This document shows, one piece after another, positions 55,994-64,000 of a stretch of 64,000 nucleotides of DNA (within the stretch, counting starts at the first letter, position 1; every line of letters begins with the position of its first letter). The position numbers and the translations under genes were made by a program. Origin of the DNA: Planctomycetes bacterium HGW-Planctomycetes-1 (GTDB lineage: Bacteria; Planctomycetota; Phycisphaerae; Sedimentisphaerales; UBA12454); contig PGYD01000001.1 of the NCBI GenBank assembly GCA_002839495.1, positions 517-64,516 of the forward strand, in the 5' to 3' direction. The notes under the pieces were generated by a model that made no database searches, was not told the origin of the DNA, and was given only the letters and a program-made list of their open reading frames with translations.

Positions 55994-57364
55994 TTAGTCG
56001 GAATAGTTTTCCAAGGGCTGATTTGGGTCAGAGTATTTTGGACGCTCCCATGGCGGCCAAAAAACAATGTCATCAGTGCCCCGTTTGCCGCTATCGTCTG
56101 TAAAGTTTTCGCCAACGCTATATATTTTAAAACCCTCTTCTTCAACATCGTAAACAAGCGGCTTATCACTATACGGGTCTGCCGGCAACTCCTTCAAATA
56201 ACCCGCTCTTATAAGTTCGTCAAAATTATTCGGCAGTCGGCCTTTATCCTGTTGAAATCTTAAAATCGCAATCGTTGCCACTAATGCTTTTAACTGTGCT
56301 TGAGTATCATAAAAATCATAATAATCTTTTCTATAAGTACCTGCATATACTAGCAAAAATAAAGAATCAAATCGAGGTCGATATAAATTTTCAAAGAAAT
56401 TAGGTTTACGCTGATTAAGTTGCCAAGGCGTCATAATGAATGCATTTTGCACTTGTTCATAATACGAATCAATCTGGCCTTTTACCTCTTTCTGTGTGGG
56501 ACCTGCCAAGAAAAATTTTATTGTTCCCCAAGAACCTACCACACATGAAGGATCATATCCGGAAAAATCTTTTATGCCTGTCCAAGATAAACGGCCGGAA
56601 CCATCTGATTTATAAACATATATTCTTTGAAGAATATCGTAGGTAAATAATTTATCTGCTGCAAGGTCTGGATGTACTTTAGAAGTATCAAATAAAATCT
56701 CAAGGTCTTTCTGGAACAAACCTAATGTTGATTCAGGAACATCTATTTTTTTAAGGATTAACAATGTTGCCCGTGTAACTCGTTGTAAGCTCTGCACGTT
56801 GTCTCGGAAAACAATTATGAAACGTGAGGTATCGCATTTTTGAAAGACTGCGCAATAATACGTCAGTAAATTTTCAAAAGCATCGGAATATTTACCATTA
56901 ACGGCATTTACCTTCGCATCCCACAAGATTGCGTCATAAAGCTCTCCCAAACCATAGCCATATAGCTCAAAAATCTGTATGCCTCTTAAATCATTATCTA
57001 AAGCCCGACTTTCAATCCAATAATATGGCTTTTTGCTTGCTTCTTTAAATTTTTGAAGGCTCTCTTTGTTCGCGGTAAGCCAACTTTGCAATAAATTTTC
57101 TTCTGCTTGATTCAGGTCTAAAGGCCATTCCGTAGATATTTTTGCAAGTTTCAACGGCTTTTTGAAAAAAGTATTAACAGCCCCACTATATAAATTTTGT
57201 GCATTCTGATTTGGATCAAAATCGATCAGCTTAGAAATTTTGTTATATTCTGCGAGATAATCTATAGTAATTTTAGGTTCACCTCGTAACATAAAAAAAA
57301 CAATTACGGTGACAGTTAAAATCACCATTAGAAATATCAACATGATTTTTTTAATTTTTTTCAT
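55994..57364 (-). CDS. Membrane-anchored protein with GspG(pseudopilin)-like C-terminal domain, function unknown
   Basis: 456 aa. One N-terminal TM but no prepilin cleavage motif. C-terminus ...RLPNNFDELIRAGYLKELPADPYSDKPLVYDVEEEGFKIYSVGENFTDDSG... resembles the globular domain of T2SS GspG. AT-rich. Confidence 0.7.
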   Translation of the reverse strand: MKKIKKIMLIFLMVILTVTVIVFFMLRGEPKITIDYLAEYNKISKLIDFDPNQNAQNLYSGAVNTFFKKPLKLAKISTEWPLDLNQAEENLLQSWLTANKESLQKFKEASKKPYYWIESRALDNDLRGIQIFELYGYGLGELYDAILWDAKVNAVNGKYSDAFENLLTYYCAVFQKCDTSRFIIVFRDNVQSLQRVTRATLLILKKIDVPESTLGLFQKDLEILFDTSKVHPDLAADKLFTYDILQRIYVYKSDGSGRLSWTGIKDFSGYDPSCVVGSWGTIKFFLAGPTQKEVKGQIDSYYEQVQNAFIMTPWQLNQRKPNFFENLYRPRFDSLFLLVYAGTYRKDYYDFYDTQAQLKALVATIAILRFQQDKGRLPNNFDELIRAGYLKELPADPYSDKPLVYDVEEEGFKIYSVGENFTDDSGKRGTDDIVFWPPWERPKYSDPNQPLENYSD

Positions 57365-57376
57365 AACACACTTTCT

Positions 57377-60235
57377 TTAATCCATATTTATAAATCTAAT
57401 ATTCAAATCACCAAAAGCAGCTACTTTTCCACTTATCCAAGTACCATTGTTTACTTCTATTTGCGCCCGTGTAAATGCCTGATAATAGGTGTTTGCTCCA
57501 TATAAACCAAAACCATCTGGATCGCCCCAAAAGAATGTTGTCCATGAGCAAAAATCGGAATCATTAGAAGTTTGAATTAGGGAGTTCCAACTTATATACA
57601 ATTTATCAAAAGTAGGAAAATCAAATTCCATCCACGCAGCTGCCATATCACCATATAACCCATTAAGGCATACATCGATCCAAACAATTTTAAACTTATC
57701 AGTGCCGCCGAATCCAAGAGATGCCATTGAATGAACTTTCGTGTTGTTATCCCATCCTCCGCCAAGCGGTTCAGAAATATCAAGATATGAGACAACTTTA
57801 TGCCTCTCAGAAAGTTTAAAATATGTACGTTGGTCTACATACTCTCCAGGGAGAGAACTTGCACCTCTGGAAACTACATAAACGTAACAGACAGTTGGTT
57901 TGGATAATACTTGAGCAAAATTTTCCCATGTACAATTATCCTTATATAATATTATATATGGTATCGCCATTGTTTCACAACTACTCACAATAGCGGCAAC
58001 AGCTCTCTTTCGTGATTTTGCAGAATCTTCTGGATATGGAAAGTAATCCCATGCGGTTGGCAAAATTATTGCAAACTGGTAAGGTTCATCAGGGTTATAC
58101 CTTGCGGCTACTGCTCTTTCCCAAACGGGTTCCCACAATGAATCTGAGTTTAGCAAATCAAAATCTAATGAATTTGAATCCGACAATCGCAAATCCAATA
58201 ATTCAAGCCCGCCTATTTCCTGCTCAATACTTAAATCATATATCTGGCCTGCAAGAACATTGCCGGGAATATTAATATCCAAATTCCCGCTTGTTTCCTG
58301 CGACCAAATCATAGTTTCATCCCATTTAGACAGTTTGACCTGTAAATTGTTTTCTGTTTCGCTAAGTCCCAAAAGTCGCATCGGTTTATTCGGCTCATAA
58401 GTATCGTTTATACTCAAGCAATGTAGCGGATTATTAAAATCAACAGCCAAATTTTCAGAAACCGTAATAAGACCGTTATGGTCAATAATAGCCGCTTTAA
58501 GCAAATGATTGCCGTTAAGATGGGAAGGTGTATTTATTGTTATTCCCGGGTTGCCTTCATCCGCTTTATAATCTGTTTCACCCATCAACTGACCGTCCAT
58601 AAAAATAAATGCCGTTGATGTTGAATAAGGACAGCCGCCAATACTTACTCCAATTTCTCCCTTTAAATTATTAACATCCCCACTCACACTAACCGAAATT
58701 GCAGGATTACCTTCTGCTGTCTGCTGCCACTCATTCGCCAGAATTGCAAAATCCTCAAAATTCACTATATCATCCTTATTCAAATCCGCTCTGCTGTCAT
58801 ACAGCCGCCCATCCACCTCTTTTCGCCACTGCCGGGCAAAATCAGCAAAATCAATAAAATCAAACGGACTGAGCCAATATTCCGCAACCACCATCAGGTC
58901 TCCATAATCAACCCTGCCGCTGCTATCGTAATCCCACCACCATACTTTATACGCCTCATCATAATCGAAAAGCCAGAAATCCGCAAAGAAAGCCAAATCA
59001 TTATAATCGACCCGCAGATTATTATCAAAATCCGCCTGTAATGTTGTCGTCCCTGCGTTTGAATAATTCCAGTTAGAATAATGATAACCTATATCAATTA
59101 TATTGCTGTCCGGCATGCTGTTCAAATTCGTGGTTGTGCCGATAAGCGATGTTTCTTCAACATATTCCAAACCTGCATCTATGAACGGGCATCCATCGAC
59201 AAGACGCCATCCTGCTTCATCGAAAGGATTTTCTGTTGCCTCAACTGGATTATCCTCATCAATTCCCCCATTATTATTTTCATAATTATAATAATAACCT
59301 GTATTGGAAACAATCGCATACATATAGCCATCAACAAGATTCAGCCCGCATTCCGCTGATTCACTGATAATATTATTAACGAGCCTTGTCAGTCCTATAT
59401 CGTTCTCATCTTCTGTCCCATGTACTATAATTCCAAAATCCTGGTAATCGCACGTGTTGTTCTCGATTAGAATAGAGCTTTCGGCGTTGCCAACTCCTGC
59501 CTCAGATTCCATATATATTTCTATCGCGCAAGTATAATAATAATCATTGAAACTATAATAAATCAGATTGTTTATAATGTCAGTATGGCAAGTTCCATAT
59601 TCTCTTATGCCCAAAATATTGTAAAACAAATAATTGTTTTGTATGGGCGTATCAAGCCGAATATTTTCGGTTAATATTGCGATAGAAGCAAATTCTATAT
59701 TACTATAAATTATCTTTGTGGCCGGCGAAGCAGTCTCCTGTACCTCAATTGCGCAATAATAATCACCCGAACCGTAACCATCTTCGGATGTATAAGTAAT
59801 TGGATTATTCGGCGTACCCGCCGAAATTAAAGCCCCACCATTATTTACAATCAGTCCACCATAATAATCAAAATAAATCACCGCCCCCGGCTCGATTACA
59901 AGCAATGCCTGAACATTGACATTGTCTGTAATATGATATTCATTATTCGCAGTCCAAATCTGATTTGTGGTAATATCAGAGTTTATCTCAATAATATTAA
60001 GCCCCGCCTGCATTTGCTCAATGTTATTATCTGCCGTTTCTGATATGATATTATCTATCGCATTTTCTTTTGCCCGTGATTGGTAAGCAATCCTGTTGAA
60101 TATCTTAATGCCGCTCTCTGAACTTGCCGGACAGCGGAGCAGATGTTTTTCCGGTTTTTGTAGTGCGGATACCGCATAGATGTTGCTGGCAATTAAAACT
60201 ATCCAAAGAATTGAAATCCTTGCTCCTGTTCTCAT
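57377..60235 (-). CDS. Large secreted protein: parallel beta-helix region, three dockerin/EF-hand-like repeats, Ig-like middle, unknown alpha/beta C-terminal domain
   Basis: 952 aa with signal peptide. NN-rich beta-helix turns. DFDNNLRVDYNDLAFFADFW, DYDSSGRVDYGDLMVVAEYW and DLNKDDIVNFEDFAILANEW map to about nt 58727-59035. AT-rich. Confidence 0.8.
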   Translation of the reverse strand: MRTGARISILWIVLIASNIYAVSALQKPEKHLLRCPASSESGIKIFNRIAYQSRAKENAIDNIISETADNNIEQMQAGLNIIEINSDITTNQIWTANNEYHITDNVNVQALLVIEPGAVIYFDYYGGLIVNNGGALISAGTPNNPITYTSEDGYGSGDYYCAIEVQETASPATKIIYSNIEFASIAILTENIRLDTPIQNNYLFYNILGIREYGTCHTDIINNLIYYSFNDYYYTCAIEIYMESEAGVGNAESSILIENNTCDYQDFGIIVHGTEDENDIGLTRLVNNIISESAECGLNLVDGYMYAIVSNTGYYYNYENNNGGIDEDNPVEATENPFDEAGWRLVDGCPFIDAGLEYVEETSLIGTTTNLNSMPDSNIIDIGYHYSNWNYSNAGTTTLQADFDNNLRVDYNDLAFFADFWLFDYDEAYKVWWWDYDSSGRVDYGDLMVVAEYWLSPFDFIDFADFARQWRKEVDGRLYDSRADLNKDDIVNFEDFAILANEWQQTAEGNPAISVSVSGDVNNLKGEIGVSIGGCPYSTSTAFIFMDGQLMGETDYKADEGNPGITINTPSHLNGNHLLKAAIIDHNGLITVSENLAVDFNNPLHCLSINDTYEPNKPMRLLGLSETENNLQVKLSKWDETMIWSQETSGNLDINIPGNVLAGQIYDLSIEQEIGGLELLDLRLSDSNSLDFDLLNSDSLWEPVWERAVAARYNPDEPYQFAIILPTAWDYFPYPEDSAKSRKRAVAAIVSSCETMAIPYIILYKDNCTWENFAQVLSKPTVCYVYVVSRGASSLPGEYVDQRTYFKLSERHKVVSYLDISEPLGGGWDNNTKVHSMASLGFGGTDKFKIVWIDVCLNGLYGDMAAAWMEFDFPTFDKLYISWNSLIQTSNDSDFCSWTTFFWGDPDGFGLYGANTYYQAFTRAQIEVNNGTWISGKVAAFGDLNIRFINMD

Positions 60236-60260
60236 TTTTTCTCTCCTGATTTTAATTTGT

Positions 60261-60947
60261 TTACCATTTATCGTAATCGAGTTTTCTTTGTTCTTCTGCT
60301 ATACGGAATCGTATAGCCTTACAGTCGTAAAAATATCTTGAAACGCAGAACGCCGTCGCATTAGACAGTTTTCCGACAGCCGTTTCTACCGTTCCTTTCT
60401 CAGCTTCGATGACTACCGTCGTTTCTTTATAGTCGCCCTCGCTCGGCCACAGCTTTTTTTGCTCAGCGTCGTAGAGACACGACTTTGCCGTCATTATCCC
60501 GTTAAAAAGGTCTTTCTCGGCGAAAGTGCTCAAATCGAAATCCATAACCTGAATTGCCAGCACATATTTGGCCTCGGCTTTTGCCGCCGTCTCGAACACG
60601 TCGTCTTTTTTATCTTCCGGCAGAGCTATCCGTATTTTCTGTATCTCTTCGTATTCCGTCAGCCGGTCTTTTTTTATCCCGGTTTTTTCCGCAAGTGCGA
60701 TATTTACGGACTTCGTTAATGCGGTTCGCAAGTCCATCGGGCTTCGTATCCAGCCGGGCTGATTTACAAAAACAAGAATTTTGCCTTCCGTTTCGCCCAA
60801 TTTGAATTCCGCAGGAACCACTTTTTCAGAAGGCATCTCTGACGACAAAGCTCCGCCTATGCCGCCTATGGTTTGGCAGCCTGCGCAAAATATAGTTGTG
60901 ATTGTGATACCGAGTATTATGAAAATGTTTTTTATATTTGTATCCAT
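60261..60947 (-). CDS. Lipoprotein, function unknown
   Basis: ATG 60947 gives MDTNIKNIFIILGITITTIFCAGCQ (lipobox FCAGC). The longer track ORF (to 61055) would overlap the upstream gene. Confidence 0.75.
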   Translation of the reverse strand: MDTNIKNIFIILGITITTIFCAGCQTIGGIGGALSSEMPSEKVVPAEFKLGETEGKILVFVNQPGWIRSPMDLRTALTKSVNIALAEKTGIKKDRLTEYEEIQKIRIALPEDKKDDVFETAAKAEAKYVLAIQVMDFDLSTFAEKDLFNGIMTAKSCLYDAEQKKLWPSEGDYKETTVVIEAEKGTVETAVGKLSNATAFCVSRYFYDCKAIRFRIAEEQRKLDYDKW

Positions 60948-60961
60948 TTTTATGATTTCCT

Positions 60962-61414
60962 TTACGGCAATTTTGCTAACGCCTTGGCTATCGTTACCGC
61001 CCAGCCGGCCGCGAGAATTATCGCGCCTGCCGTTAATATGTACCCTATGCGCCAAATCCTTACTGGCGACAGGAAAGAAAAGTTTATCCCGATAATCGCA
61101 CTAAGTAAAGAGAAAAACGCCGTCAGCAGCAGTATAATGCACATCGTTGCCGCGGCTGGCTGTATCCAGAAGGCTTTTATTATTCCGCCTTTCACAAAAA
61201 CGTCTATCGCTGTTGTGAAGCCGCACGTTGGGCAGGGCAGTTCGTAGTTTCTTTTGAAGGCACATTCGCCGTAAGGGCTTAAGTTTATAATCCCTTTTGC
61301 AGCCAGCCAAAACACGCCGAAAATTGCGCAGATAGCCAAAAAAATCGCTAAAAATACGATTCTATCGTTAGGCTCGGCTCGGCAGAACCATTTTGATTTT
61401 TGTTGTTTTTCCAC
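60962..61414 (-). CDS. DUF2752-like small membrane protein (GTG start)
   Basis: 150 aa, CPTCGFTTA motif between hydrophobic segments, as in DUF2752. Confidence 0.65.
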   Translation of the reverse strand: MEKQQKSKWFCRAEPNDRIVFLAIFLAICAIFGVFWLAAKGIINLSPYGECAFKRNYELPCPTCGFTTAIDVFVKGGIIKAFWIQPAAATMCIILLLTAFFSLLSAIIGINFSFLSPVRIWRIGYILTAGAIILAAGWAVTIAKALAKLP

Positions 61415-61594
61415 TTTGGCCTCAAATTACCCTTACCTGAATATTATGTCAAGTCGGTACAAAATGCCTTGTTTTTGCGTCTATTTCTTCACATTAAAAA
61501 ATTTATATTTTTTCGAGAAAACGCCCGTTTTTTTCGATGGAACATATCGCTGTAATATGTTATCAGATTGTTTCGGAATATAGAAAGGTTTTTA

Positions 61595-62410
61595 ATGACT
61601 CTCGACCATAAGGATTTGAGCGGTTTTTTGGAAGTTGCGGTTGTTGCCGCCAGATTAGCCGGCCAGCACGCGCTCGAGCAGGTAAACTACGCAAAGGCCG
61701 TCCGCAAGAGCGATACCGAGCTTGTTACCGATGCCGATGCCAGATGTCAGCAGATTATAGTCGATACCATTATGCAAAGTTTCCCAGCTCACGGAATAGT
61801 TGCCGAAGAGGGCAAATCAGGCGGCATTTTCAAACAGCCTCCAAGAGACGATAATGATATTTGGTGGGTCATCGACCCCATCGACGGCACGAACAATTAT
61901 TCGCAGCGGATAATGAATTTTGCAGTCAGTATAGGAATAATCCATCAGGGCGGGCCTGTGCTCGGCGTCGTCTTTGAGCCTTCTACCGATTCGATGTTCA
62001 CCGCCGCCGGAGACTCTCCGCCCCAGTATAACGGCGCAAAAATCGAAGTAAGTGATAACGATATTACTATTTTTGGAACCATTGGGATTGAAAGTATTTT
62101 TGATGATGGCGTTCCTTCTTGGATTACACGCCTGATGAAGACTCTCCGCTGTCGAGGTCTCGGCACATCTGCGATGCATCTTGCCTATGTCGCCAAGGGT
62201 TCGTTTATCGCCGCCGCGATTCAAAAGCCTAAACTTTGGGACATAGCAGCGGGTGCGTTTTTGGTCGAATCCGCAGGCGGGATTATAACGGATTGGAAAG
62301 GTGCTTCGATTTGGCCTGTCGATATGCAGGCTTATAACGGTCAAGCTATTGAGACTCTCGCCGCGAACAAAAAAGTCCACAAAAAGCTGCTCGAAATTAT
62401 CGCCGCCTGA
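61595..62410 (+). CDS. Inositol monophosphatase family protein
   Basis: ...WVIDPIDGTNNY... and ...WDIAAG... motifs. ATG 61595 preferred over the TTG at 61568. Confidence 0.9.
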   Translation: MTLDHKDLSGFLEVAVVAARLAGQHALEQVNYAKAVRKSDTELVTDADARCQQIIVDTIMQSFPAHGIVAEEGKSGGIFKQPPRDDNDIWWVIDPIDGTNNYSQRIMNFAVSIGIIHQGGPVLGVVFEPSTDSMFTAAGDSPPQYNGAKIEVSDNDITIFGTIGIESIFDDGVPSWITRLMKTLRCRGLGTSAMHLAYVAKGSFIAAAIQKPKLWDIAAGAFLVESAGGIITDWKGASIWPVDMQAYNGQAIETLAANKKVHKKLLEIIAA

Positions 62411-62420
62411 TTTTGCGGTC

Positions 62421-63620
62421 CTATTTTTTCTCTGCCGCTTCTTCCAGCCTTTCTATTTCTGTGAATTTAACCAGTGCCGAGCTGCTCAAGGGGTCGCTTG
62501 AAATTTCACCGACCAGCCCGACTTTGCTGCCGAAGTAATCCTCAAAATCGATATTCGCCGCCTCGCCGATAGCCTCTGCATAGCACAGCGGAATATCGTT
62601 TGCATCGACAATCAGGAATCTTTTGTTGCCCGTTGGCCTGTCTTCGTAAACGACCGACTGTTTGAATATTCCGACAACAGCGTATTTGCTTGCCTGCGGA
62701 AGGTTTTCGACTGTTTCCTTATGACCTTCTTCGATTTCCGTCAGCTTATTCTGTAATTCGGCCTTTTGGCTTTCGAGCAGTTCCGCCGAATCTTTCGCAA
62801 GTTCGCACCGTTCTACGTCTTTGAGCAGGTATTTAGCATATTCGCCTGCTTTGCCGCTATTGGCGTCCGCGACGAGCGCATTGAGTTCTGCCCTTATTTT
62901 TGAGAAGTTTTGTTCGGCCGGCGGTTTTGTCTTTTCGTCTTCGACCTGTTTAGCGAGGTCGTAATACAGTTCGATTTTTCCGCCCTCACCGCCGAGCTGT
63001 TCCATAAGAACTTCCGGCCTTGCATCAGCCGGACTTTTAGGTACTGTGATATCTATTTCATCTGCCTTGCGTATGAATTTTATATACTGACTGCTCGTCC
63101 ACAGCGTCGCCCCTTCCGGCGGAGAAATTTTGTAATAGTCGCCTACTGCCGCGCCGAGGATACGCACCTTCTGGCCTTTATCGAGCCCAATCTGAACGCT
63201 GTCGCTTACCATAGCGTCCCTGTCATCGGCGCCCGCGTAAACCCTGACACTGTTGCCGTTGACGATTCCGACATCCGGATTGTTAATATCCGTATCGACA
63301 TACTGCTTATATATCCACGAAAAACTGCCGGGAGGCGGAAGTATTTGCGACCAACTGAACGTCTGGCCCACAACAACAACACGGGCCGGTGCGCTGATTC
63401 TTCCGCAACTGTAATAGTTTGTTCCGGGACCAGAACGAACATTCAGGTCGGCTCCTGTTATTTCGCCGATATAGGGAAATTGAGCCTCGTTCACCTCGGC
63501 CGTGGGAGCAGGTTCAGGCGAGCCCAAAGCCGCAGGCCGTTTTTCCTCTGCCGCCGTAACTATTGAAGATAACAGAATTACCGTTATTATTACCGACTTA
63601 AAAAGTCTATTCCATTCCAT
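62421..63620 (-). CDS. Secreted protein with two SH3b-like domains and a coiled-coil region
   Basis: 399 aa with signal peptide. ...GADLNVRSGPGTNYYSCGRI...VVVVG... and ...VRVYAGAD....GQKVRILG..GDYYKI... SH3b patterns. Confidence 0.8.
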   Translation of the reverse strand: MEWNRLFKSVIITVILLSSIVTAAEEKRPAALGSPEPAPTAEVNEAQFPYIGEITGADLNVRSGPGTNYYSCGRISAPARVVVVGQTFSWSQILPPPGSFSWIYKQYVDTDINNPDVGIVNGNSVRVYAGADDRDAMVSDSVQIGLDKGQKVRILGAAVGDYYKISPPEGATLWTSSQYIKFIRKADEIDITVPKSPADARPEVLMEQLGGEGGKIELYYDLAKQVEDEKTKPPAEQNFSKIRAELNALVADANSGKAGEYAKYLLKDVERCELAKDSAELLESQKAELQNKLTEIEEGHKETVENLPQASKYAVVGIFKQSVVYEDRPTGNKRFLIVDANDIPLCYAEAIGEAANIDFEDYFGSKVGLVGEISSDPLSSSALVKFTEIERLEEAAEKK

Positions 63621-63667
63621 ATTTTCTTCCCTTTCCTTAAGAAAGCAGGTTTTTATTTGGATATTTA

Positions 63668-63695
63668 ATTATCGCAAACGCGGGGGAATTGTCAA
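63668..63695 (-). promoter_or_regulatory. Candidate promoter TTGACA-16-GATAAT (minus strand) for the SH3b gene
   Basis: Minus-strand reading GGGGTTGACAATTCCCCCGCGTTTGCGATAATTAAAT. The -35 abuts the repeat arm. Leader is ~40 nt with a GGAAAGGGAAG purine run before the ATG. Confidence 0.45.
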
Positions 63696-63751
63696 CCCCA
63701 CACCTTTCTTTTATTCATTTATTTAAATATTCAAAGGTGCGGGGGCAATTC
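63686..63751 (-). repeat. CCCGCACC/GGTGCGGG inverted-repeat family, copy 4 (short interior, one arm mismatch)
   Basis: CCCCACACCTTT (63696-63707) / AAAGGTGCGGGG (63733-63744), plus GAATTG/CAATTC outer pairs. Confidence 0.7.
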
Positions 63752-63787
63752 TTAAATTTTTAGCGTTTTTCAAGGTTTTTGATGGCT

Positions 63788-63840
63788 TATCCACACTTAT
63801 TATACCTAATATCATGGTACAATAAATAAGTGCGGGGATA
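63788..63840 (-). repeat. CCCGCACC/GGTGCGGG inverted-repeat family, copy 5 (degenerate)
   Basis: TATCCACACTTATT (63788-63801) versus AATAAGTGCGGGGATA (63825-63840). One substitution and a 2-nt length difference between the arms. Confidence 0.55.
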
Positions 63841-64000
63841 AAACCATTTGATTTATAAGGGGGTTAGGCAACAGAGCAGGAGAACGGTAAAAACGATAGG
63901 GGAAACTGGGCACATTCCATTAAAAAATAGGGTTCATCACGCGTTATATAATCCGGCCCAAGCCGGTCCGTCATCATCGGCGGTAATCCGACAAGTTCCG

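Noticed and set aside
63935-64000. Possible 3' end of a minus-strand gene at the right edge (…DDDGPAWAGLYNA, stop TGA TGA) with a CCGGC/GCCGG stem
   Set aside because: Only ~22 codons are visible, which is too short to support a coding call or assign any function.

Overview
Bacterial chromosomal segment of moderate GC, almost entirely core genes. Left to right:
- 3' end of rpoC, then the str operon (rpsL-rpsG-fusA, no tuf).
- A complete S10-spc-alpha ribosomal super-operon (rpsJ to rplQ with secY, adk, map, infA, rpmJ; no rpmD).
- HIT protein, initiator tRNA-Met, coaX, an MnmE-like GTPase, an orphan AAA ATPase, mutS.
- ftsW, murG, a HEAT-repeat protein, HAD and MBL hydrolases, a GH130 enzyme.
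- A lysR-HAD-LolA-like operon divergent from gdhA.
- A family-4 UDG, an AT-rich unknown gene fused onto addB-addA, a CDF transporter, a phosphohexomutase, a lone topoisomerase VI B subunit, serA.
- An AT-rich four-gene envelope cluster (beta-helix/dockerin-like giant protein), an inositol monophosphatase and an SH3b protein.

No rRNA, CRISPR array, transposase or integrase is visible. Dockerin-like repeats, a GspG-like C-terminal domain and extended ribosomal proteins hint at a PVC/Planctomycetota-like organism. I cannot verify that without a search.

The most unusual signal is a family of intergenic inverted-repeat cassettes with a CCCGCACC/GGTGCGGG core. Two homologous copies sit exactly on the start codons of ftsW and murG. 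Each would sequester an SD-like AGGTG and the AUG in a 13-17 bp stem. Each encloses a short uORF (ISP...I[D/E]...GAG-stop) that ends in an ATGA overlap with the downstream gene.

Other points worth follow-up:
- An XRE-like HTH extension on L22.
- An AT-rich unknown gene coupled to addBA.
- An orphan ATPase behind twin palindromes.
- A top6B with no adjacent top6A.
- Long repeat-built hairpins and internal terminator-like stems between ribosomal genes.
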